A stretch of 64,000 nt of DNA, from positions 1 to 64,000 of the forward strand of contig AP026149.1 in assembly GCA_030295235.1 (NCBI GenBank), read 5' to 3'. This DNA comes from Fistulifera solaris (lineage: Eukaryota). The notes under the pieces were generated by a model that ran no database searches, was not told the origin of the DNA, and saw only the letters and a program-made list of their open reading frames with translations. A program made the position numbers and the translations under genes. Every line of letters begins with the position of its first letter. Positions within the stretch are counted from its first letter, which is position 1. Positions 37,022-49,217 of this stretch are shown here, piece by piece.

Positions 37022-37504
37022 ATGCTACGACAATCACACTTTTGGAGCCTAACCGTTTCATTGGGAATACTGACAGCCGTCAGTATTGCATCTGCAACGA
37101 TTTCTCTCGGTGATAACGCTTTCAATGCCAAGAAAGTGCCTTTCGAGACGCTCGACGATACAGACGTTGATACTGATACGGAAACTGATGAGTCTTCCTG
37201 TGATCTAGAAGATGATGAGGTACAACAGGGGGAACAGGCTTTCCGAAAAGAAGAAAGCGTACATGAAGTAAAGGAGCAGCAGGTCAGCCAGCGTCAGCAA
37301 GCGCAAGAGACGGAGAACATGGCGGCGGCAAGCGAAACCGTTTCCATTAACGATGATACTGTTTGCGAGGTCCAGGAAGAACCAGATGTGGTCAAGGAAG
37401 AGATGATAGCGATAATTACTGTTAAGAATGAAACCGCTTGGGAGTGGCCCGATCTTTTCACAAGGATCAATAGGTTTCGTTTCTCCGAGCGACTTGAAAT
37501 TTAA
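37022..37504 (+). CDS. Hypothetical acidic protein with N-terminal signal/anchor
   Basis: Hydrophobic N-terminus followed by a D/E-rich region; open ORF. Confidence 0.5.
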   Translation: MLRQSHFWSLTVSLGILTAVSIASATISLGDNAFNAKKVPFETLDDTDVDTDTETDESSCDLEDDEVQQGEQAFRKEESVHEVKEQQVSQRQQAQETENMAAASETVSINDDTVCEVQEEPDVVKEEMIAIITVKNETAWEWPDLFTRINRFRFSERLEI

Positions 37505-37880
37505 ATAACGCTCGAAGCATTCTGCTTACTAGGACTTATTTTCGGCATTGTAGATCGCGCTTTCAGTAACTGTGCGCATATGATTTCAAATAAAGGAGTA
37601 TGATCGTTAATAATAAACACCCCTTCATAGTCGTTCTTCGAGCCTGCGAGAAAACATTCGTGTCACGCTACATCAAGTGATGGTTGTTTATAGCTTGCAA
37701 GACAAGAAAATGATCAAAGTAGTAGCTGTATGCGCCTGGAAATTGTATATACTCAATGATAGTGCTCCTTTCGCGCTCGTAAGAAATTTCTTGCAATCAG
37801 AGGGAGCGAGTCCGCTCGCGCTCTTTCGCTCGAGAGCTTCAGAAAATGCCTTTCCAACAAAAAAAGCTGAGGCAACAGGT

Positions 37881-39582
37881 TCATCCCTTAGACTTGCTGG
37901 CAGCTGGGACCAAAGGTTTTGGATCTCGAAACGACGAATTCGTCCGCAACGAAAGATAGACGAGAATGATTCCGACAATTATGGAATCAGCAAGCGCGGA
38001 ATACTTGAACAAAAGCACAGTCCCATAATTGTGTTGCAGTTTGCCACCCAAAATGGCACCCAGCGATTGACCCAAACCACCATACATGGCATTCAAGAAC
38101 ATCAGCATTGTGGCATGTAAGCCAGGGGGCGACACTTTGTGTGCGTAAATAGTCCCTGAACTCCAAAAGGCGGCAAAGGTAACGCCGCGCAACGCCTCAG
38201 CCGGAAGTCCCTGCAGTGGGGTTCGCATGTAGGCGTAAATCAAAAAGCGTGCTACATAACTTAGCAAAGATAGCACAAAGACACGATCCACACCCAGTGC
38301 TTTACTCAGACGGCCTAATCAAGAGGGTCAAGTTAGTCAGAATGGATCATCATTGACCCATTCCCTCCGTAAAAATACGTACCACTAAACCAGAACATGG
38401 GGGCCCCGGCTAAGCTCGATACTAATCGACTTAAACCCATCTCTTTACCCGTACCGCCGACTTCGCGAAGACGCACATAGGCAAAGTTCTCAATCACCCC
38501 GCTGGAAATACCGACGACAAGGACGAGAAAAAAGAAAAAGAGCACGTCGGTGTTGTGAAATAGGAGACTGAGACCCTGCAGAGTGGCATTAGGCGCAGCG
38601 GTGGACGTTTCGGTTTTCTGTCGTGCTTGTTCCTTGTCTTTCTTTTTCGCTTTCGCAACTGTCTCCGATATCAGAGCCTTTCTGGCTTTCTCTTCTTGTT
38701 GCTGCTGTACGTCTAATCGTCGGAAGGCTTGAATGCACAACCAGGTCGGTAGTGACAAGGCAGCGTACGTAAAGAAAAGAAGTTTGTATCCGGTGAGGCT
38801 TTGCCAAAACTTATCGAGGAAGCGGATTGCCTGTCGCACATACGAGCTGGAAAATTGTTCCGCCAACCAAACTTCAAGTTCTGGGTGTGTAGTCGTATCG
38901 CGGAAATGAATTTGCTTTGATTTTGACAGCAATACACCCACCAAGCTGCTTCCCAAACCAAATCCCATTTGACCCCACAGACGCAAGCGCCCATATTGTG
39001 TTTTGTCGGGTATATGATCGAGCACCATACTATCGAGTAGCGACTTTACCGGCGCATTAAACAACGCCGTCACAAAGACCATGGCCATGATGAATTTAGC
39101 ATCATCGCGACACGCTAAGAGCAATTGTCCGACGAGTGAAACTAGAAACGTGAGTTGCAAAATCAAGAACGGATTTTGCAACTGATCGGCTAAAAGTCCC
39201 CACACAGGTGCCACAATAAAGGTAGTTGCGGGCTTGACGGCACCGAGAAGACCGATAATTTGTCCACCGTGTCCCAAAGAATCGTAGTACACGGGTAAGT
39301 AGGGCATTAAACTTCCAAGAGATCCGTAATAGCACAAAAAGAGAGAGCGTATCAGGAAGTTGATGGGAATACCAGAAAATGTCGTCTTTGCTGGTGTTCT
39401 CGTTGCCGCATCAGAGACTTTGGGAATTGCTGAATGATTCAGAGGCCGGCGCACGAACGTTTTGGGCACAAGGGATCGTGGCGATCGGGCTTGTGAATCG
39501 GCATGACAACTGATGGGGCAAAGACAAAAATTGCCATCGATACCGATAGTAATAAAAACTCTCTTAGGCGCCTTCTCCCCAT
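37881..39582 (-). CDS. MFS transporter (MFSD6/MFS_1-like); intron 38315-38382, 5' end approximate
   Basis: Multiple TM helices; PYLPVYY, APVWGLLAD, YGRLRLWGQMGFG, GLGQSLGAILGG. Confidence 0.88.
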
Positions 39583-39945
39583 TATTCTCCCACTCTCACT
39601 GCTGTTTCTAAGTTTCAACATGATGGGAAAGAAACCTGTAAAGGTTGTTTTACGACAGCAACCGCTTTGGATATTAATCATCGGATTGCAAATAGGGAAA
39701 ATCGGGTCGCGTCCGTTGAAATTATTTGCGCTAAACTCGTGACTGAAGTAATCATTCTACTTTTTAGATCAGAGTTTTCATGTCGTGACAAAGACAGCTA
39801 AAGTATTAAAATTAAACCAGAGCGTAGGAACAAAGAGCACCACCACAACAATACTTCAAGCGCGGAAACATTTGTGGCTGGCTCAGGCCGATGATGACAA
39901 CGATAGAAATCGTTTTCAACGAAGTTTGCAGCTGACAGGAGTATG

Positions 39946-42900
39946 TGTTGGCTTCTCACAAAACTATCGCCGAAAAACAAGAAAAGACTTGAATTGCAAT
40001 AGAAAGGAGAATTAGTAAAAAGATTACGTAAAAGAATATTTTGCTTGAGGACCGCAGTTGGCGAGTTGGTCATTTTGATTGTTGAATGTGTATAGGAGTA
40101 ATATGTAGATTGGATATGTAAGTGCCGATGATTGCAACGGAAGAAGATTCATTAGGATTCAGGGGCGGCAATCACGGACACGGGAATGAATGAATCGTAG
40201 GTCGGTCAACACTCTCCCCTAATTCAGAGCGAAGGAATGGATTACAAAGAAGACCGACAGAGTAAAAAGGTTAGGGTGGGTGGGTGCGGACTTGAATGAC
40301 ATGGCCCATGAGACGATGACAGTGACGTGAATGGAGAACCCAACCAAGAGGTTTGGTAAGATCATCAGAAGGATTGATGATACCGGGGAGAAAGAGGAGA
40401 ACAATGTCGCCTTGTTCTTTCCATTGTTGGATGGCAAAGAATTGGATCGCAATATGACGAGATCGATCGGTAGGAATCTTGGCATTCACCATGTTGATGG
40501 CTGACTTGTTATCACAGTACAATGGGGTAGGAGCAGTTTGCGGGAGGCCAAGTTCATGAAGAATTGCACGAAGATAGCGAGCGTGTTTGGCTGCAGTAAC
40601 CGCGGCATAGAATTCAGCTTCTGTAGAACTTGTAGCTGTAAGAGGCTGCGTTTTGCAACGATATGAGACACATCCGGCCGGCCATCATGAATGCATAACC
40701 GGTGGTAGAGCTGACGGTTACGAAGATCGTTGGCATGGGCAGCATCAATGAAACCAGTTAACTGACAACCGGAAGCAAGGTCAGGGAATGTCGGTAGGGA
40801 GGCATCGATTGAGACTGACGGAATGAGACACGGAGGTAAAGAAGCAACAGTGGAAATTCAATGAACTGCTGCTGCATAGGAATGAAAGATGGACTTTGAC
40901 TTGGAGTCGTCCGGGACTTTGATTGAGTATAGGCCAGCTTCAAACGAATCATCGGCAAGCTCGTCATCATCGCTATCAGTCGCTTCATCAACGTCAGTGA
41001 GGTCGATTGCACTGACGGCTGTAGGTTGCATCAGTTTGCGAAACAGTTTGACAAGTTTGTTCGCAGGAGCAGATGAATTGCATTTATCTTTGGCGTCGGT
41101 GCGAGCCGGGCTGTCGGGGGCCATGAGATATTTATCCAGAGTTTCAACTAACTGATCACCTTTGTACTTGTGGCGAAGACTGACAATGCAACGTTCGTCT
41201 CTAGTCACACGATTAAGGTAGGAATTGTACTTGCAGTTGTTGATGAAGATGTCAAGTTCAGCTTCATCGTCCAAGGAAGAGTTGATGTTGGAGATGTACA
41301 CACGCAGCTGGAGATAGTCATTGAAGAGCTTGTAGAATTCCAGCATCAAGCGATCGCGTTGCTTTGGGTAAGACGTGATGAGCGTGGACGACTCGCGGGT
41401 AGAATGCAGGATGCGAAGGGAATAAGATTGCTTTCAATGCAACATAGCCATCGTTTTCAGCAGCATGAACAATGTAATGGAGACGACTGTTAGGGGGGAA
41501 ACATGTTGCGTTTCATCAGAAGGCGTTGAAGTGGGCCAGCCATGTTTGCAACCATCATCGTCATGGTGCTGGGAAGGTCGTCGTTTGCATTGTCACCGAT
41601 TGTGAAAACGCATTTTCCACCATGATCAGGGCGGAAACAATAGATCGGATGACAGTAAAAGCCGTCGTCATGACAGGCTTGCATAAACTTTTGATACCAG
41701 TTGCGGACGCCAGCATGGGTATCATCATCGCAAGAAACCATGGCCTTGAAAAGCTTTTCTCATTTGGGACTGGAACTTTTACAAACACTGTCCCATCGGC
41801 AAGAACTAGTTTGTCAAGGCCTTCTATATGATACATGTATCCTGAACTATACGGAGTCTTGACAACAGAACCAAGAATGAGACCACCTTTCTGCTTGTTC
41901 TGATAGCGGGAGCGTACATCAGCAGGATTGTTCAAGTAAAGCATAGACATTGGAATGGGACTGGGATTGATACCAGCTGCGGCGGTCGGACTTTCAACGG
42001 CAGCGGTTGGACGGTAGGCAGCTGCAAAACGCCATCGCTAGATCGTTTGCAGAAGGAGGAGCAGGAATAGCACCAGCAACAGCTGCAGCAATATCAGCGG
42101 CAGTGAGAACATGCGGTGCAACAGGAGGGGCGACAGCGGTAGTCGAGAACTTATTCCAATCGAGATAAGTAATCAGTCCAGTCGTTTAGGTCAATGAAGA
42201 AGTGACTGGTTCCGACCTGAATCTCAACAGCAGGCTTTTGGTTCACAATTGCATTGACAACAGCAGCGGTAAGGTTCGTTTTGTTCAAGCGATGTTTGAT
42301 TTTCTTAACATCGGTGAACATTGGCGCTGCAGTCAAGAGAGGCATGATAATTGTCGTGTCCGAAGTCTGGGAGGCACGAGGAGTAATCAATTCATCACAA
42401 ATAATGCGACGAATCATGGCGAGAAGTTCAGTATCGCCGAGCAACTCAACAGGAGACTCAGGATCAACAAACAAGCGATGGGAATCCGGGATTGGTTCAC
42501 CATAGTTGATGTTCAAATGAACATGCAATTTTTCATGGTGACCATGAGGAAGGAACTTGACCACGAACTTCGGAAGTTCAGGGACAACGTTGGAGGCTCG
42601 CGGCAGCAGAGGCGAGGGTAGAAGCAATTGACATTCCAAACAAAGGAGAGGAAGAGGGCAAAGGCAGGCGAGGTGCGCAAGGAAAAAGGAAACTGGCACA
42701 GTGAAGATAAAACTTCGAATACGCTTGTAATTTACAATTCAGCGCACTAACCGTAGTAGTCTGCGATCCTTGTAAATCAGGAAGAGTATTCTGGGCTCTA
42801 TAACCTGTTGGCTTCTCACAAAACTATCGCGAAAAACAAGAAAAGACTTGAATTGCAATAGAAAGGAGAATTAGTAAAAAGATTACGGTAAAAGAATATT

Positions 42901-43071
42901 TTGCTTGAGGACTGCAGTTGGCGAGTTGGTCATTTTGATTGTTGAATGTGTATAGGAGTAATATGTAGATTGGATATGTAAGTGCCGATGATTGCAACGG
43001 AAGAAGATTCATTAGGATTCAGGGGCGGCAATCACGGACACGGGAATGAATGAATCGTAGGTCGGTCAACA
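39946..43071 (-). mobile_element. Non-autonomous Copia LTR element (gag-like ORF plus RNaseH tail only), TSD GTATG
   Basis: 266-bp LTRs TG...CA at 39946-40211 and 42806-43071. GTATG on both sides. PBS GGTTATAGAGCCCAG; PPT AGGGGAGAG. RNaseH motifs SSTEAEF, YCDNKSAI, NPSDDLTKPL. No PR, IN or RT motifs seen. Confidence 0.93.
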
Positions 43072-44369
43072 GTATGCGACCCCATTCCTCCCGGTGCCAA
43101 CCCCAGAGTGTGTCGAACGGTAATTGGCACTGGTATCTCTCTAGATGCTAATGGAGAGAACTTTAATGCGTGCTCCAAATATGGAGGACTACATGGTTTC
43201 CGCAACGGATTGTCGAGATGTGGCTGAAGCGAATGGCAAGACTGTAGGCTGGCAGTACGGCTGTAGGATTGATACCCAGAGTGTGTGTGCTTTTCTTTGT
43301 GAAGTTGATGTCGATGGCCAGCGTTACGAATCTTTGCCCGAGTGACTTTAGTCAATTTGGGCTTTCGGGTCGACTTGGGACAGGTTTTCCCAAACAGACG
43401 GCGGACGGTATCTTCGAGTGTTATGGCTGCGAATAAACTTATACGCACTACTGTTTACATGAGAGTGCCAAAACAGCTGCCTCGCTGTATGATTATTCTT
43501 GCTATTGCACTGCGTGATTACGCATGTACCGCTATCGAGGTAAATTGGAGTAGTAAAGTTTGCCTATTGTCATTGCTTCTTAGTTTGGCGTTCACTTCGA
43601 CGGGAAATCGGTTAAGATGATTGGCTTAGCATGAACTTAGTGTAAAGTGTAAAGAATAATAGCTGTCGGAGGAATGCTTTAATCTATCGGCGTCATTACG
43701 TCGTGAATTAGTTGTTCAGAGTTCAGAGAGGGGTTCTCACGTTTTCACTCTCACTTGGTTCTACCACATCATAAATCATACGGAGTAATACAGTACCGGT
43801 ACTGTATTCTGTTTTTAATTATTGCCGGCAGATTATTCCCGAAAAAGTTTTTTCAGAGACTTCAGCCTTCGCATTTCCTCAAAATGGAATTTAAGAGAAA
43901 ACGGAGTAACCGGTTAATAGAACGGTGTTGAACGTCAGTTTTCATGGCGAAAATGTATTGTCCTCTTTATTCATTGCGAAAGAAAATCTAGGAAATCATT
44001 GACTCATTAAACACGAACAGACCCGCACTGCCGTATTGCTATGACCCGCTTTATCGAAAACCAATAGATGATTCCCCAGAAAAAACCTGATAAAAGGTCG
44101 CTATTTGAATAGAAAAGAGTGATATTGGTATAAATAGATGATGAGCTGACACAACGCATGAGGCCAATGCTAACCATGCGCCAAAATGCAAAGTGAAAAT
44201 GCCCAAGCGGTACTGCACTTTTTACCTGCAAGCTGCAAGCCTATCATTCTCGGAGTTTCGGTAACGTTCAGACATGACTTCCCTCAATAGCCCATAGCAT
44301 CAAATGTCAGTCCGTCGGACGAGAGCTTGTTCCGACTTCCGACCATGAAATTCCGTTGACACCACGTGA

Positions 44370-44775
44370 GGCGTGACGTCGTAAGACGTTAAGCGAGAGC
44401 TTGACTGACGTGGCTGTTGATTCCGCCGAAAAATCGGGTGACGACACAGAGAAAAAAAGGAAGTTCAACAAAGAAAGCGTATCGTGGGCTTGCGTCAGTC
44501 CTCCAATCAAAATGAGTTGATGACCTTTTTTCTCGAAAGGTTGAATAATCGACCGAAAATCGTAGTACTGTTCATGATCGGAGTTGCCAAACGTAAGACA
44601 AAAAAAAGAAAACATGACGTCTTTTATACTGCACAATCCAAGTGGTGTCCACGTAGACAACACGTTAATTCCGGCAATAAAGAAGCGGAATGAAAATTGG
44701 GTGCATACAAGAGTGTAGTAGATACTTCGCATCGGCTCACGTGGCGGAAGTTTTCAATCGACAGACGTCACATCG
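44370..44775. promoter_or_regulatory. Cluster of TGACGT/ACGTCA (CRE/CCRE-like, bZIP-type) motifs upstream of SLC4
   Basis: TGACGT at 44374, 44406 and 44615; ACGTCA at 44765 (also 43932); CACGTG at about 44363 and 44738. Confidence 0.55.
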
Positions 44776-44907
44776 TCTAAAAACGCAAACCAAATCGACA
44801 AAACTCTTTTTCATTTCATCTCACAATTGTTGCTTTCCGCAGAAGTGAAACAGAAAGCAACGACTACCAAATTGATTCAAAAGACTTTTCAGAATAGGTC
44901 GTGCGAG

Positions 44908-46793
44908 ATGCCTCCCAAGTCGAATGACATTGAAGCCGGTCAGGCAATCAAGCGATTGCCGTCAAACGCCGAGCTTGTTCCTCATGCAGGAAAAATCACT
45001 ATGGATGAGCCCGCTTACTTCGGAAAGGGCATCATCAAGGACTTAAAGACTACAGTCGGAACGCACTGGAGACAGGTAAGTCATCATGAAAGCACTAACC
45101 CAGGAAAAGCGCCTCAAAGAGTATCACTAACTCGTCCTTTCGCTTTTTCCGCTTGCAGGAAATGACGAACTTCAACCAGAAGACGGTTGCCGTTTCCATG
45201 CTCATGTTCATTACCGTCATCGCCCCTACCTTGGCGTTCGGTGCCTCCTACAGTACTGCGACAGAGAGTCACATTGGAGCTATTGAGACTATTCTGGCTA
45301 CGGCGTGGATTGGATGCGCCTACTCCTTCATCGGTGGTATGCCTCTATGTATCATTGGTTCGACTGGTCCTGTGCTGGCATTTACCACCGTTCTTTACGA
45401 CATGTCAAAGAATATGGACATTCCATTCTACACCTTCTACGCCTGGGTCAGTGTGTGGATGCTTATCTACGCCTTTCTCTGCAGCTTCTTTGATTTGACC
45501 CGGTTCGTCCGTCTCGCGACTCGCTTTACGGATGACATTTTTGCCTTTTTGATTGTCAGCATCTTCGTCATCAAAGCCATTGGCGACCCGTTCGGTGGAG
45601 TTGACGGTATTCTGTTTCCCTTCGACCCGAATCACAAGACCCATCAGAACCAAGACGCTGACTACGACTTCCTACAGGTCGCCCTTTTAGGTGTGATCTT
45701 GGGTTTCGGTACCACCTGGTTGATCTTCTACCTTCGCAGCTTTAAGAACTCATCTTTCTTCTGCAGTGACACCATGCGCAGCTCTATCCACGACTTTTCC
45801 GTCACTTTCTCAGTTCTTATCTGGACGATTGTCAGCAAAGTCATCTTCAAGGACGTCGAAGTGGCAAGTTTGAATGTCCCTGATCAGTTCGAGCCTACCT
45901 ACCAGTGCTGTGATGACGCTTGCACCATGTTCTTCCCAAGGAGTGCCCGGATCAAGCGGAGCGCGCCGGTGTCCGCTCGTGGTTCGCCGACATGGCCGAT
46001 ACTAATGGAAAGGGATGGGTTCCGATTGCTGCTGCCGGGCCCGCTGTTCTTGCCTTTTTCCTTCTTTACCTCGACAACGGTATCACTTGGCACTTGATCA
46101 TGCACAAGAGCAACAACGTTCATCACGGAGAAGCTTACAACTACGATTTGTTGCTTTCGGGTTGCTTTAACTTTGTGAATGGACTATTGGGACTTCCATG
46201 GCTCGTGGCTACGACAGTTCCATGCATTGTGCACTTGAACTCGCTCGCCGAGAAAGACAAGGATGGCAACATCCTTCACGTTCAAGAGACGCGTCTCACC
46301 ATGCTTTTCTCGCACATGTGTGTCGGGTTCTCGATTTTGGCACTTGATCTTCTCAAATTATTGCCCTTACCGGTCCTCAATGGTGTCTTTTTTGTTCATG
46401 GGCGTGTCCGCGTTGCCTGGCATTCAGTTCTGGAACCGCTTCTTGCTCTTCTTCCAACAGCCCAGCAAGTATCCCGAGACCCCTTATACGAAATATATGG
46501 ACAAGGGTCGAATCCATCTGTTCACCATCATCGAACTGTTCTTTTTTGCCATGGTCTTTGTTGTGCAAAACATCAAGGCCGTAGCGGTTGTTTTTCCCAT
46601 GATGACCTTCTTCTGCATTCCTGCTCGTACCCACTTGCTTCCCCGCATCTTTGAGGGATGGGAGCTTGTTCTGTTGGATGGAGACATCTTTGAGATTCAG
46701 GAGTGGATTGACAGGAAGACGGATTCTGTTGCCGAATACGAAGCTTCCTTGCGCGGCGACTTGTCTGAATACGAAGATGATGCCACGCAATAG
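44908..46793 (+). CDS. SLC4: SLC4-family bicarbonate transporter; intron 45076-45158, two frameshifts
   Basis: GIIKDL, IAPTLAFG, GGMPLCIIGSTGPV, TRFTDDIFAFLI, AYNYDL, GLPWLVATTV, VQETRLT, FLFMGV. Confidence 0.93.
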
Positions 46794-47097
46794 AGTGCTC
46801 TGCCTTGATTCGACCTGGAAGCAATTGCTTTACTTTATATGTGCAATCGAGACGAGAAACAATTAGTTTTTCGTACATTATGATAATGTGATGAAGACAA
46901 GTAAACACTAATAGCCTAAAAACATTCCATCGTCATACAAACTATTGCTTCATTATCGGTTATAAGCAGCAGCAGGTCTGTCGATGCTCATCATCCGGGC
47001 ATTGAAGTGAACTCAAAATTGCCAAGTCTATAATATATAGATTGTGACCTCATCGCCCGATACGAAAGACTCCCCTAACAGCGAAAGCTTGTTACAC

Positions 47098-47970
47098 TTA
47101 ATCTTCCTGCACGGGCGCTGATACGGCTCGCAGTTCCATTCCGACTTGTTGCGCATCAAGCACGAGTTTATTGAGCAAAACCTCTGCTGTTTCCAGTGAT
47201 GACACCAGATTGTGGACGAGTTGATCCAATTCTAAATCACGAGGAGGCTCTCTGGAGTTCTCCAGAACATTCAACCAACTTGGATAGTAAAGGGCGGGCC
47301 TCATGTCATCGCTATCTTTTTTACTGAATGCTACACGGTGACCGGGCGCCACAGTCACTGTGTCTTCGTTCCAAAAGTTCAATTCAGTCGGATCATTTAG
47401 AACATTCAACCAGCTAGGATAATAGAGAGCTGAATGACCCTCTTTGCTGGGCCGTTTTTGTAGATTGGATTGTACTTGAAGCAGGTTCTGTCGGGCAACG
47501 TTCTCTTCCACAGCGTCGAGTACACGAGCCGCGCTAGCGAGCACGCTTCCTACATTCAATGCATAGTAGGCCATCGTCAAAATCATTCCGACCAAAAAAA
47601 ACCCATAGACAATCAGATTCGCTTTCAGAACAGACTTTTCTTTCCATGGTCCGTCTATACTGCATGCGTCCTCGTCGTGTTCATCTGTATCATCAAAGAC
47701 ATCAAATGAAAACCGATTCATGCTGGCAATCGGAGTAAAACGTGGGTTTGTTTCAATTATCATTCGACTGTCTGTCAAGCGGCGCCCTCCAGCCGGTAGT
47801 ACCCATGTCGATCGATCCGAATCGGGGTTGTAATAATATTCCCGCTGTTGCCGTTCACTATAAAAAACATACCAGCTCTCCTCATCGGCTTCCTCGTCGT
47901 TCATGGGAGTCACGACGGCGACGGACGCAACTGGCGTTCTCCTTGCTGCTTCTGGTGATGCTAGATCCAT
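47098..47970 (-). CDS. WW-domain type II membrane protein
   Basis: WYVFYSERQQREYYYNPDSDRSTWVLP; one TM helix; duplicated ALYYPSWLNVL. Confidence 0.75.
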   Translation of the reverse strand: MDLASPEAARRTPVASVAVVTPMNDEEADEESWYVFYSERQQREYYYNPDSDRSTWVLPAGGRRLTDSRMIIETNPRFTPIASMNRFSFDVFDDTDEHDEDACSIDGPWKEKSVLKANLIVYGFFLVGMILTMAYYALNVGSVLASAARVLDAVEENVARQNLLQVQSNLQKRPSKEGHSALYYPSWLNVLNDPTELNFWNEDTVTVAPGHRVAFSKKDSDDMRPALYYPSWLNVLENSREPPRDLELDQLVHNLVSSLETAEVLLNKLVLDAQQVGMELRAVSAPVQED

Positions 47971-49217
47971 CAGGAATTGATAGTTGATTCAAATAGAGCG
48001 TGGGACGAGTCGTCCAGTCTAGCAATAGGGGTAGAAAGTCCAAGTTATATTCAAAAACCCCGCGCGTCGCTTTTCAACTGAATGGAAAATGGAAATATTT
48101 TTTCTTGTTTCAACGCATGCCGCTTTATTACCAGTACGTAGGACCAGGTATTGAACTTCATCGAAAAAGCTCACCTCGGCTACATGTTGCGTCATAGTGC
48201 ACTTACAATGTCCATTTAGTCACGTGTGATGTCCGTTTCTCGTATTACCTGTACGTAGTACCAGTATGCTTTTTCTAGCCAGGAAGCGATGGCTGCGTTC
48301 CTTTTAATACATCAAAATCAAAATCAAAATGATTTTTAGGTGTGAAGGCGGCAATGAAGAGATACACCTGAACATAAATAATGATTAATTGCATTACAAG
48401 ATTGAAGCAAGCTGAACGTTCCAGAAAAAAATCCGATACAAGTACACGGTCCGATTCTTGACAATTACGTAAATGCTGACAATCAAAAAGGCGAAATTGT
48501 CGTCAGCAAAGCGAATCACTAGACGAACCAGGAGCATCCGGAAGGAGGTCCGTGGACCATCTTTACTATCGTTGGAATCGGTTGGCATCTTGATGAGACT
48601 AAAGACTTTCATAAAAAGGGTCTTTGCATCAAGACGATTATTTGGTTTTGTGCGAGTCTTTGGAATGATGTTTTCGAGTGTTTGGGCAAAAAAACCGCGC
48701 AATGAACGTCAGGCCATGCGAGCAGATGAAGATCTTCGTGCACTCTTGTATCAACGCGCAGTCAAGATGCTTTTCAAATTGATGAGGTTGCTCCTAAATA
48801 GCAGTATGGATCAACGTCATAGTCTTGTTCTGTCTCAATTCTCAATCCCCCTTAGCCCTTCGATTGCTTCATTCATACCAGGTAGTTCTTTGTCGAGTAA
48901 GAAACGTTTACAAAAATTCTATTCTACATCGATTGTGATTGGTCGAATGAATAGATTTCCTTTTACGATTTACGATTTCAGTTTGAACTTGGGGAGCCCT
49001 AGTGGAATAAACAAAAGGCCACGTCACTCAATTGGATTCGCATTCTATCACACGTTATCCGTGACTCACTCTCTGTATCGTGGCTCGTTGTCACACGTCA
49101 TAACGACCGACACAATGAGAGAAAATGAGAAAAGCCAGAAAAATGAAAACTGACTTTTTGAGATGACAACTATCATGCCACAAAAAAAAACCATTGTATT
49201 GATCAAGTTATCTTAAA

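Noticed and set aside
48473..49153. 226-aa ORF as a gene
   Set aside because: No recognisable domain, atypical composition, and it runs through the likely promoter of the next gene.
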